Positions 51,575 through 62,626 of a stretch of DNA of 64,000 nt are shown here, one piece after another. Made by a program: the position numbers and the translations under genes. This stretch comes from the human T2T-CHM13v2.0 reference genome, Homo sapiens. The notes under the pieces are model-generated. The model worked only from the letters and a program-made list of their open reading frames with translations. It was not told the origin of the DNA and did no database searches. The stretch's first letter is position 1; every line of letters begins with the position of its first letter. The DNA lies in NCBI RefSeq assembly GCF_009914755.1, contig NC_060925.1; one strand, 5' to 3'.

Positions 51575-52685
51575 TCACAACTCTGTGAGGATACCTATTA
51601 TTATAATTCCCAGGGTACAAGTGAGGACACTGATGCAGAGAGAGTTTCACTAACTTAACTCAAGGTCACACAGTGGTGGAACTAGGACATGAACTCCAGG
51701 GCCTGCAGTCTGTTAAATGTTTAGTTTTATCAAACTAATAATACATGAACAGAATGTTTTTTAAAAGTCAGACAGTATTAAGGCAGCCAACTCCAGTCCT
51801 TCTAGGTGTTTTCCCAATTTTACCTCTATATTTAGAATGTTATTTCTTGATCTATTTTAGAAGTCTGTTGACTTCCAAACATGGTAGATAAAGCATAACA
51901 ACTTCCTCTACTTCCCTCCCTATTATCCTAACAAAATTACATCACAATTTTGGGTTAATTCGCTATGTTTATATTGTTATGATTATATAAATACTGTCTG
52001 TGCCAAATCTAATAACGCACCATAAGCAAACCTCCTCTTTTGTACAACCCTTTGTTTTTCCCTCATTTTTCCAAGTGCCTGTTTTTCTGTGTGCCTAAGG
52101 AGCATTTTTTTCCCAAATGCTTCTACAATACAGCCTGCCTTTCTCAACCACCATGGTAATAAAGCTTTAGCATGGTATTCAAATCCCTCAAAAGACTCCA
52201 GTCTGCAGCCTCACCATCCTTTACTCCCCCACGTTCTACCTTCTTTCTTGGATTGCAGCTGCCCTGAACCAGACTGAGCTTACTTTGTTTCTTGAACACA
52301 CCATGCCCTGAACACTATTCCTCTTTTGGCTGCTTGGTGAACTCCTATTTATCCTTCAAAGCTCAATTCCCATGTTATCTCCTCTCTGTGTTTTTCCTGA
52401 TTTCTAACCCACAGTTATTCCCTCTCCTCTGCTCTCCTACATGGTACTATCATAGCACTCATCACACTGGATTATAGTTTAAGTTCAGCCCAAGAAAATG
52501 AAAAAGAAAAAAGAAGAGTAAACGAAAAGAAAAAAGAAAAGTTTGGGCCTGGCTTCGCCCAGATAGTTCTTTGCAAGCAGAGGGGTCTTCTTAGTCATGA
52601 TTGTAGCACTACTGTTTGGGCTGGAGTGATTGTTCAGTAAATGCTGGTTGAATTGAGTACAAAGATGAATGAAACTTGGCCTTTA

Positions 52686-52910
52686 CCAGCCTGGACAACA
52701 TAGCAAGACCCTATCTCTACAAAAAATAAAAAATTAGCCAGGCATGGTGGCACATGTCTGTAGTCTCAGCTACTCAGGAGGATAAGGCATGAGGATCACT
52801 TGAGCCCAGGAGGTCAAGGCTGCAGTGAGCTATGATTGCACCACTGCACTCCAACCTGGGTCTCAAAAAACAAAACCTTTGTCTCAAAAAACAAAACAAA
52901 CAAAAAAAAA
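52686..52910 (+). mobile_element. 5'-truncated AluJ
   Basis: accagcctggacaacatagcaagacc...A-rich tail. Confidence 0.87.
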
Positions 52911-53545
52911 CTTGGTCTTCATTCTCAGGGAGCTCACAGACCACAGGTAAAGGAGAGACATGAGCCGAACGAACTAACACAAGGGCTAAAGAGAGGGTTA
53001 AAGAAGGGCTAAAGAGAGGAGTGAACAGTATGCGGTGGGGGTGTGGAAGCAGGAGGGCCATTCTAATGGATGGATTGAGGGAGTTTTCACGGTGGCTGTC
53101 TCACAGCCATGGTGGCTGGGTCTAGAAGGGTGAGTAGGTTAGGAGAATGTCCCCAGGCCAGGCAGTGACTTCCCCTGAGCTTCCCAGGCCTGGACCCCTG
53201 GAGGCACAGCACCCCAGAAGAAAAAAAGGCTGTGGCCATGACCAGAGGTAAAAGGCCTGTGGAAGTGTCCAGCCCCAAGAAGCTGAACCTCTTCTGAGGG
53301 AGGGCGAAGGCAAGTACTCATCTAATCCTATAAGGCAGCTAACAATATGCTGGTTTTTTGGTGAAGAGTGAGGTAGAGAAGGGGTCAGATCTGTTTCCCA
53401 GAACTGTCGTTGGCAGGACTTGGAGACTTTTCACCTTAGAGATGTCCAAACCCCTTACCCTTTTTTTCATGAGAGAAGGGGCTGGTCAGAGTCCTCCATT
53501 TCCCAGAATCTGAGGGAAGAAGAAGGTCTCGGAGGCCAGACTCAC

Positions 53546-53635
53546 CTGCCCACATGAACAGGACCACGACGATGATCAGCACCTCGCCTGTCCGCAGCTG
53601 TTGGTTCCTCCCCATCTCTTTCATGGTTACCTCAT
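53546..53635 (-). CDS. FNDC5: FNDC5 exon 4 (DEVTMKEMGRNQQLRTGEVLIIVVVLFMWA; juxtamembrane plus TM)
   Basis: ctgcag| acceptor, G|gtgagt donor, 90 nt. Confidence 0.96.
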
Positions 53636-53982
53636 CTGCAGGGAGAGAGACACTAGATCCAGCACTCCTTTCCTCCCTCAGCCACTCCTCTAGGGCCAAG
53701 CCCAAGACAACAGTGCTGATTTCTACAGGTGCCCACACATCTAACATACATTCTAGAATGCACTGATGGCTACTTGGGGTGGCAGTGATAGGACCAAGTC
53801 TAAAGGGAGTTTATATGCTCAGCGTCTTGTCAGGGACTAGCGTGAACCCTCTCTCAGGTACTGCTTTACTTGCCAGCAGGGGATAAGGGGGAGGAGACAG
53901 AGCTTTCCTCAAGCCACCCACTGGTCTGGTCCTGACCACCCCTCACCCCACCCCATTCCTCTTAACAGTGACCCGGGCCTGC

Positions 53983-54181
53983 CTTTGTTCTTGGAGGCCA
54001 TCTTCTCAGCCTCACGCGGGGTCTTGAAGAGCACAGGCTCGCTGGCTGGGCTCTGGCCCTGAATGGAGATGGCCTGCACGTGGACTATGTACTCCGTATC
54101 CTCCTCCAGGTCCCAGAGGGCACATGAGCGGGTGGTGGTGTTCACCTCCTGGATGAAGCGCAGCATCCGCACATCCTTCTT
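53983..54181 (-). CDS. FNDC5: FNDC5 exon 3 (KKDVRMLRF...MASKNK; second half of FNIII/irisin)
   Basis: ctgcag| acceptor; 199 nt; ends at the non-canonical AAAG|gcaggc donor required by phase. Confidence 0.95.
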
Positions 54182-54674
54182 CTGCAGACAAGCGCCGGTC
54201 ACTGCTGTCAACACTCGGTGACCAGCCCCGCTCCTGCCCACCTCCCAGTGGTGACAAAGCCTTTACATACACAATCTTCATCATTCCATCACCTCCGCTA
54301 TCAATATCTCCATTTTACAGGGAAGGAAACAGGTTCAGAGAGGTTGGGGAAGTTGCCCAAGGCCACACATCTAGTAAGCACTGGAGCTAGGTCCTAAATG
54401 CAGATGTCTCTGAGATCAAAACCTTAATTTCTGTGTTCCACTTGAAAGTTCCCAAACCCTCCCTCACTGACTGATTCTCTTCTAGAGAATTTTCAGACAT
54501 ATGTCTGAATGGGGCCCCAATTTTCAGACATATGTCCAAATTGCTGTTCATCTCCCTTGCCCCAAGTTCCTATTTCCTTTCTATTTCTCCATCACCACCA
54601 CTGCCACACTCCTACCCCCATCTGCCACTACTGTCTTGATGTGTCCTTCCCTCCTAAGGACAGTGGAGCATTAC

Positions 54675-54790
54675 CTGCTGGGAGATGGCAAATCCGATGA
54701 CAACCTCATCCTCCAGAACATCCCAGCTCACCACTGCAGAGTTGGCCTTGAGGTGCCTGACGGTGACGTTCACTGGGGCTGAGGGACTGT
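54675..54790 (-). CDS. FNDC5: FNDC5 exon 2 (DSPSAPVNVTV...FAISQQ; first half of FNIII/irisin)
   Basis: cccccag| acceptor, CAG|gtaatg donor, 116 nt. Confidence 0.96.
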
Positions 54791-56379
54791 CTGGGGGACG
54801 GGGAGGCACCTAAGCCTGAGCATCCCCTATTGTGAGGCCCAGACCCACTGTCTCATAAGTAAGAAGGGGAAACCTGGGGAAGGCCATGCAGGAGGGGAAG
54901 GAAGAAACTAAGGCCTCAAGTGGGGTCCAGTGACATGGCTCTCAGCTCTTCAGTGGGTTGAAGAACCAAGCCCAAGAGGCCCCAGGCTCCTCATGACTGG
55001 GACGGAAGCCCCTGCTGGCCACAGGCCGGCCCCATGAGGGGTCCAAGGCTCAAAGTGATGGGCCTGGGCCGGGGCCCTATCTAAGGGATGGGTGGTTAGA
55101 GTTGTGGAGAGAGTTATGTAGGGGACATAGGTGGACAGAAACTGAAGGTTAGCTGATGAAAAGCAGACAAAAGGACTCCCCAGTCCAGTGCTCTTTTGAC
55201 AATACTGCCCTGTCCAATGAGTGACCTTGCGCGAAGGAGAAAGACCCAGAGATCGAGAAGTGTCAGGCTGGGGTGAGCCCTGGACTGGGAGTGAGGAGAA
55301 CAGAAGTATCCTCAGAGCTGTGGTGGCCCAGGCAGAATAAAGCCTGCGGAAGAGTCTGTGTGAGCCTCTTATCCATGCTCTTCCAGCCCCAAGATGCAGG
55401 TGGGGAGGTGGCAGGGGAAGATGGGGTCACTCAGAGCAGGGCCCCTCCATGGCGAGTGGAGAGGAGAGAACAGGTAGGGGAAGAGGATGAATGAGGAATC
55501 ACTCCAGAAGAGACAGGAGGGAAGTGGGGGTGAGAGTGATAGGGATAGTGGGGGTCAGTGAGGAAAACCGTCCAGGAGAGGGGCAGTGCAGTCACATAAG
55601 GCTCAGTATCTTCCAAGGGGCAGGTGCAGCACGGGGCAGAGCTGCGCCTGAGCAGCACCCCTCACCCCACAGAGAGTGAACTTGAGACCCAGGGGGCTGG
55701 GCCTGGGACCTGAGGGAGACAGAGCCAGACATGGAGGGGGAGGTGGAGAGACAGGACACAGACAGGTGGTGGCAGACACAGAACCAGAGGACAGAGAAGT
55801 GGGGCATCTGAGAAAGACAGCTGCGAGAGAGCGCTCCCCGAGCCACGGAGGGAGAGATGAGCCGGGCAGCGGCAGCCAGGAGGGACAAAGACAGAGTGGC
55901 AGGAGAGGCTGGGCAAGGACGGGCCGGCCCCATGGGGCAGGCCAGACACTGTACCAGATCAGGGGTGCCGGGGCCCACCCCACGCCCTGCGCCCTCAGGT
56001 GCCAGCCCCCATCCCCTTCACACGTGCTCCTGCACAGCGGGACCCCATCTGCCCCTGCAGAGTTGGCTTGCAGGGCTTTGAGAGGTCCTGGGGACACAGA
56101 GAGAGGCCCAGGTGGGGGAACTGGTGTCCTCAGCTGCTCCCTGGGTCAAAGAAGGGAGCTAGGGAAGCTGAGGCAAAGACCTGGGGTTAGGGGAATGGGA
56201 TTAGGGGACTGGGGACCACAAGACCCTAGGAAACCCAGGGCTGAGGTGACAGGGGAGATTTGGAAACTGAAGGACAGGTCTGGGGGTCAAGGAGGTAGGA
56301 AGACGCTGGGGGCTGGGTTAGGGGAGCAGTGTTTGGGCCGAGACAGGAGTCCCTAGGGGGCAGAGAAAGGACCAGGGGA

Positions 56380-57070
56380 CTCCCAGGTAGCTGGGCTCGA
56401 GAGGAGCCTGCCCCGGCGCCGGCCCCCCGCCCCGGGCCCCCTTACCCGCCTGCACCAGCGCGAAGCAGACGCAGCCCAGCCACAGGCGGAGCGCGGCGCG
56501 GGCGCGGGGCGGCCAGGCGCTCGGCGACCCGGGGTGTATGGTGGCTCCTCCGGCCGGCAGGCCCGGGGCGGCGCAGGGGGACGCGGCTCCGGCGCCCGGC
56601 GGCCGCTCGCGCTCGCGCTCCGGCCCCCGGCCCGGCCGGCCCGGCCGCTCCGGCCGCCCTGCGCCGCCCCGAGCCGCCTGCATGTCGGCTCCGCGGACAG
56701 CGACTCCCGCGCGGCGGCGGTGGCGGCGGCCGCGTCCACGTCGGGCGCCCGGGGGGCGGGGCGCCCCCGCTGCGGGGAGAGGTGCGGGGGCGGGGTGAGG
56801 ACCGGAGGGCGCCCCCACTCCCGCCCCCGCTGCCTATTAGGTCCTCTGCCGGGGAGGAAGGGGCTTCGCGGACCCACGGCTCCCGCCCTCTCACCGAGCG
56901 GGAGCCCAGCGGGGTTCTCCGCGCCCCCGCCGCGGTCACTCTCTCTCCCGTGCACAGCCCTGACTTGGCTGCCGCTTTCTGCCCTTTCCCAGGGTAGAGA
57001 GAGGACAAGTGCCACCGAGATGCCCGTTTGTGCCCCCACCCCTAAGCGCGCCTCCCTTCCCTGGGCCTAG
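56380..57070. promoter_or_regulatory. FNDC5 CpG island / proximal promoter
   Basis: Extreme GC/CpG density and multiple GC boxes spanning exon 1. Confidence 0.88.
56446..56683 (-). CDS. FNDC5: FNDC5 exon 1 coding part: upstream ATG (56683) extension plus signal-peptide region starting at ATA (56539)
   Basis: In-frame MQAARGG...GGAT-I-HPGSPSAWPPRARAALRLWLGCVCFALVQA, donor G|gtaagg at 56445; total 212 aa from ATA, 260 aa from ATG. Confidence 0.9.
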
Positions 57071-58186
57071 GGATCCCCTCATTCCACGGTAGACCCGAGG
57101 CCTTGCGGCTGGGGCAGACGGGAGCAGAGGGGAGAGATCACAGTAAGGCTGGGGTGAGCAGAGAGTGCTAAGTGGACACTAGGGCTCCGTGTTTCCAGTG
57201 GGGTTGGGAAGAGGCTGCTCTGTCTCACTGGAGAGTCCAGCTCTGTGACCCCAGGCCAGTCCTTTTCCTTCATTTTCATCCCCATAGTGAGGGCAGTAAT
57301 GAGCGTCTACCAGGGGCCAGATACTATGCTGAGCTTTCTTTGCATTATGTGGCTTAATTCTCAGGGCAACCCTGTAAAGTCATACTCTGCACACTTTGCA
57401 CAGGAGGAGCCTGCAGCTTGGACAGGCTACTTGACTTGTCCAGGGACCCGCAGCAGAGCCAGGATTTGAACACAGGCTGATCTGACTCCCAAAGCTGTGC
57501 TTAACTGAACTGTCTCCCCACCCAGAGTGACTTCACCCATCCGGAGATTCGTGAGACTCTAGAATTGGCCGGGGCCAGCTCCTCCCCAGCCAGAAAACAG
57601 TCTGCAGCAATCTCTAAGAGCATCTCTGAGAAGGGGAGTGGCTCCAGCCCCCTTCCCTCATCTCAGCCAGAGAAACAAGGTGGAGGAGAGAGGCATGGAC
57701 CAGGGCTCAGGGCCTTTTGTCTCAGCAAGAACCCCTGAGCCCCCTCCCACGACTATCCGAAATTCCACTACTAGCGGGGCATTCCTTTGGGTCTTAAAGG
57801 TTTTCCAGAAGCCCTGGAAGGGCTAATTTTCTTTGGAAAGGAGACGTCTTGCAAAGTTCTGCCACAGAAACGTCTTCAGGGTCTTCCTCTCCATCCCCCT
57901 GGTTTTACATTAAGGAAGTGAGGTCTACCGATGGGAAGAGCTTGGTGCAGATTCACACAGTGGGTCAAGAGGAGCGATAGACAACCCTCCTCTCCTTATG
58001 CCCACCCAGGACTCCTTCGCTGGCCCTGTGTTCCTCCTTGGTCACCTTGGAAGGGGTGAGATGGAAGCGAGCTTAGGGGCTCTTGTTGAGCAGCAGAATT
58101 TTCCTGCCCATCCCCTCAGTGCCCCCAGACCTGCCCCACTCGGCAGGGTGACACTGCCCAGCCCTATCATTTCCCCCGCCACATAC

Positions 58187-58300
58187 CTTGTCCTGGGAGA
58201 GCCTCAGCTGGGACCTCGACCCGTTTGGGAGAAGAGCCCCGGAGCCAGAGCACCTCTCTCTCTCTTTTCTCTTTGCTCTCTTTCTCTTTCTCTCCCCTTA
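58187..58300 (-). other. FNDC5: Candidate alternative upstream non-coding first exon of FNDC5 (5' boundary uncertain)
   Basis: Strong donor CAAG|GTATGT at 58186; upstream AGATAA, two CAGCTG E-boxes (58325, 58363), CACCC and GC boxes. Confidence 0.6.
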
Positions 58301-58598
58301 TTATCTTCTCTCTCTTTCTCCCCGCAGCTGCTGCCTGCCCCACCCCACCCGGCCCCGCCCCACCAGCTGCAGCTTAGCCCCTAGGGACCCCCCACCCCCC
58401 ATCCATCAGACAGGAAGACAACCAGGAGGCCCGCAGGAGCAACTGGAGCCTCTTCAGGCCTCCAGCACAGGAACCAGCAGGAAGGAGAGGGTTCAGTTAG
58501 AGGACACAGAATCTACTCCCGTCCCTGCAGGGGAGAAAAGGAGGGAGGGTCCTGGTGGGGTCTTGGCCTCCAGTCCAGCGCTGGGGAAAGGGGAACCT

Positions 58599-58616
58599 TG
58601 GCGCCATCTGCTGGCC
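58599..58616 (-). promoter_or_regulatory. CTCF motif
   Basis: Minus strand GGCCAGCAGATGGCGCCA, close to the core consensus. Confidence 0.7.
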
Positions 58617-58850
58617 TCTTTGGGTAAAACCTAGATAGATGTAGGGCATTGGGAGGGAGGAGATGGCAGTGCCTGAGGGCTTGAGAGAGAAGGCGGCTGA
58701 AGGAGGGGGCTTGGAGGATTTGGAGAGTTGTGACTGTGGGGGTACAGCCTTCTCAGTCCTCATGATGCATGGGGTGCTTGGGCCTTAATTCTGGTGAAAG
58801 CCCTGGTGCCTGGAATCTGGCAGCCAGTGAGAGCTGGCTGGGAGGATTTA

Positions 58851-59185
<335 letters not shown>

Positions 59186-59747
59186 CCCAGCCACTTTATG
59201 TACCCCATCCCTTAGCGCAAGGCTTACGATGCAGTTGGGGCTCATTAAATGATTGTTGACTGTATGGAAAAAAAATCATTCTTCCATCATATGTTTATTG
59301 AGCACCTATTATGGACCAGGCCCTGTGTAATATTCTGGAAACACAGCAGTGAAAGAATGAGTGAAACCATGAGGACCTGGGTAGGGACTAAGGGTGCGCC
59401 TCTGTCCTCCCAAGCTGCACTCACTGGGCTTCATTTGGAGGACTCCACAGAGACCCCCTTGAGGGCTGGCCGGTCACTTACACATTGACACCTAATGGGG
59501 TCACCAGCATTTGGACCCTCCTGCGTGTCCAGAGTCTCAGCACCTAACTCAGGCTGCAGGTGCCCAAGCCAGCCCCGGGTACCCATTTAGAATAGGAAGT
59601 TTCCTTTTTATAGCCTAGGATGGTCATGGCCCCAGTCAAGGATGGTCACTAGACACCCCTCACCCGCCCTGCAAATCACAGGAAGAATCAGGAGGTCAGG
59701 AGTTGCTTTGGGGATATAATAATTGAGCACCTACTTTATCCATGTTA

Positions 59748-60045
59748 TTGTTTTATTTTATTTTGAGACGGAGTTTCATTCTTTTGCCCAGGCTGGAGTG
59801 CAGTGGCGTGATCTTGGCTTGCTGCAATCTCTGCTCCCCAGGTTCAAGTGATTGTCCTGCCTCAGCCTCCTGAGTAGCTGGGACTACAGGTGCCCACCAC
59901 CATGCCTGGCTAATTTTTTTATTTTTAGTAGAGACGGGGTTTCATCATGTTGGCCAGGCTGGTCTCGAACTCCTGATCTCAGGTGATCCACCCACCTCAG
60001 CCTCCTAAAGTGCTGGGATTACAGGCGTGAGCCACCGCGCCCGGA
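59748..60045 (-). mobile_element. Alu (S-type) inside a MIR
   Basis: Full dimer; TSD actttatccatgttatt. Confidence 0.93.
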
Positions 60046-60599
60046 CTTTATCCATGTTATTTTGAGTCTTAGGCTGGTATGTGTCATTAACTTCCATTCC
60101 ATATCAGGAAGCTGAGGATCAGAGAGGTAAGGGGACTTGCCCTGTGTCACACAGCCAGTGAACTATAGAGACATGTCTCAAATTAAATTATGCGGCTGCA
60201 AGTTGAGGGCTTGATCCAGTCTGCCTACCATATCCCCTCACCTCTAAGGACCTCTGAGGACAAGGATCCAGGGCTCAGGGCTCACCAGAGGACATCACAT
60301 CAATCTCCTTCCCTGAAGGGCTCAAGGGGACTTATTGCTCACAGAGGCAGTTGCTAATCCCAGGGCCAAGACAAGGGACCCCCTACTCACCCAACACTTT
60401 TCCCGTGCTGACACATTATGTACATAAGGGAAGACTCTTTGAATCCTCAGAGGAGTTGGAATTATACCCATTTTACAGATGAGGAAACTGAGGCTTGAAG
60501 AGAAGAAGGGGCTTGCCATGGGTCATACAGCTGGGAGACACTGATCTAGCCTCTCTAATCCTCAAAATCCCCATCATGGCAATGATGAAGTCAGGCCAG

Positions 60600-61860
60600 T
60601 TTAGTATTTCCTGAGTGCTGGTGGTGCTGAGGACATAGTGATGAACCAGACTGGTCCTAGTCCTTAGGGAGTTCTCATGGCCGGGGAAGAGGAGAGAGAT
60701 GCTCTTAAAATACAAAGAGGGGACTGCCTTCTGGAATAGGAGGCACCTGGGGCCTACAGGGACAGAAAAGGTAATTAACTTGAGAGGAAAGCAGGAAGGG
60801 CTTCTGGGAAGAGGTGATGCTTGAGCTTAATAAGTACTGACAGTCAGGTGGAAGTTAGCCAAGTGAGAGGAAAGAAACAGAGGGAAAGAGGAATCATTAG
60901 CCCTGAGGTCTGGAAAAGTGGAGTGTTTCTGTGGAGGGAAAGCAGGAGAGGCAGAATGTTTATGTGGGCGTTTGCTATAGGCTCTGAGCTGTGACATTGG
61001 GAGCAGGAAAAGTAGAACTAGATTGGAAAGATTGTTCTGAGCTTGCAAGAGAAGCTGGGGCTAGGAAGGGCTTTATTTATTCAACAAACATTTATTGAGC
61101 ACCTACTAACTGCCAGCAGCATCACAGCTGTGACCAAGACAACAGGGTCCCTGCCCCATGTGAATCTCATATTCCAGGGGGAGAGAAAAGCAATAAACAA
61201 GTGAGCTGATGACCAAATGAAATATCTTCAGAGACCGAGAGTGGCTATGAAAACAATGAAGTCATGTGGTGGAGAGTGGCTGGGTGGGGCGACGTTACAT
61301 GGTGTGGGCTGAGGGGGAGTCACCTGAACTGACACCTGAAGGCAAAGGAGGCAGCAGCACACAGCACAGGAAGGGAGCTCCAGCCCCAGAAGAGCAAGTA
61401 CCAAGGCCCTGGGGCAGGAGCAAGCTTGCATGTTGGGGAAACAGAAAGAAGCCAGTGAGCCTGGAGCTTTATAAGCAAGAAGGAGGCAGTGAGGGCAGGT
61501 GGGATTGGATAACACATGCCTCCAGGTGTGGAAGGGAGGTTAGGTTGATCCCACTCACAATGGGAAGCTTCGAGGGGAGATGAGATGGGATGTGATTTGC
61601 ATTTTAAAAGGCTCACTTTGCCCGCTCCAGTGTGCAGGCTGGATGGCAGAGAACAGGAGTGGGGGGCCAGGTGCCCTGTGAGGAAGCAAGGAGGGTGCTG
61701 CGGTCTCACGGCCAGAAAGGATGCAGTGTTGGCCTGGGTGGTGGCAGGGGACAGAGAGAGAAGTCGATGGAGGATTTGGGATGTTTTTTTTTTGTTTGTT
61801 TTTGTTTTTTTTTTTGCAGGAGGAGCTGATGGATCAGACATATAGGAGGAGATGAAAAGG
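60600..61860. mobile_element. L2 remnants
   Basis: attcaacaaacatttattgagcacctact terminus and degenerate L2 body (gatttgcattttaaaaggctcactttg). Confidence 0.7.
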
Positions 61861-61974
61861 AAGCAGGGCAGAGGTCAGCCCTCCAAAGTCCAGATTCTGA
61901 AGCCAGAAACCCCTGGCTGGGTGACATAGGGCCAAGTAACTCTAGCTTTCTGAGCCTAAAATGCCTCCTCTGGT

Positions 61975-62090
61975 CAGGGGTGGAGAAGAGGAAGAGAGAA
62001 AGAAAGAGGTAGGAGGACGGGGGCGGGGGGTGGGGGGGATGGGGAGGGAGGAGGACGGGGAGGGGGGAAGGGAGAAGGAGGAGCGGCAGA
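61975..62090 (+). repeat. G/A-rich low-complexity tract
   Basis: ggaggacgggggcggggggtgggggggatggggagggagg... Confidence 0.85.
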
Positions 62091-62606
62091 ATAGAGCCTT
62101 CTAATCGGGTAAAGGAGACCTCCTCAAATCTCTTCAGTTCTTCAGAGTCTACACAGGAAGGCTCCCATCCAACAGCACTCAGAGAGGTTGAGAATCTCAC
62201 CCAGTATCACAAAGCCAGTCAGTGGCAGCTCCAGGCCTCAAAGCCTGGACCCTGGCTTTGCCTTTGGAGACAGATTCTCAGCTGCACACCAGTCACCCAG
62301 ATTCCTCAGAAACAGTGGGGCCAGAGGCCCCATTTTAGAGGCTCAGAGTGGAAGGCAGTGGAAGAGGTGGAGGCAGCTAGGGGAAGATGAGAGAGGGGTA
62401 GAAGGACAAAAGCCTGGGAGTGAAGACTGCCTTTACGTTCACTCCTCAGCTCAGCCCCAGACTGCCGGAGTGACCTTGGCATCTGTTCTCACTGGCGAAC
62501 AGCGGCCATCCGCAGTGAAGGTCTGACCCTGAGTCTCCAGGGTCGGTCCACCTCCCACAACCCAAGTCCACGGAGGACCTCCCTCGTGGCTCTGCACAGC
62601 CTGGGC

Positions 62607-62626
62607 ACAGCCAGCAGAGGGTGCCA
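62607..62626 (+). promoter_or_regulatory. CTCF-like motif
   Basis: acagCCAGCAGAGGGTGCCa, one mismatch from the core. Confidence 0.5.

Noticed and set aside
56833-56841. CCTATTAGG as a CArG box
   Set aside because: Only five A/T between CC and GG; SRF needs six
55592-57070. Long ORFs (128-228 aa) on both strands around FNDC5 exon 1
   Set aside because: GC-rich artefacts; only the frame containing MQAARG...ALVQA splices in phase with exon 2
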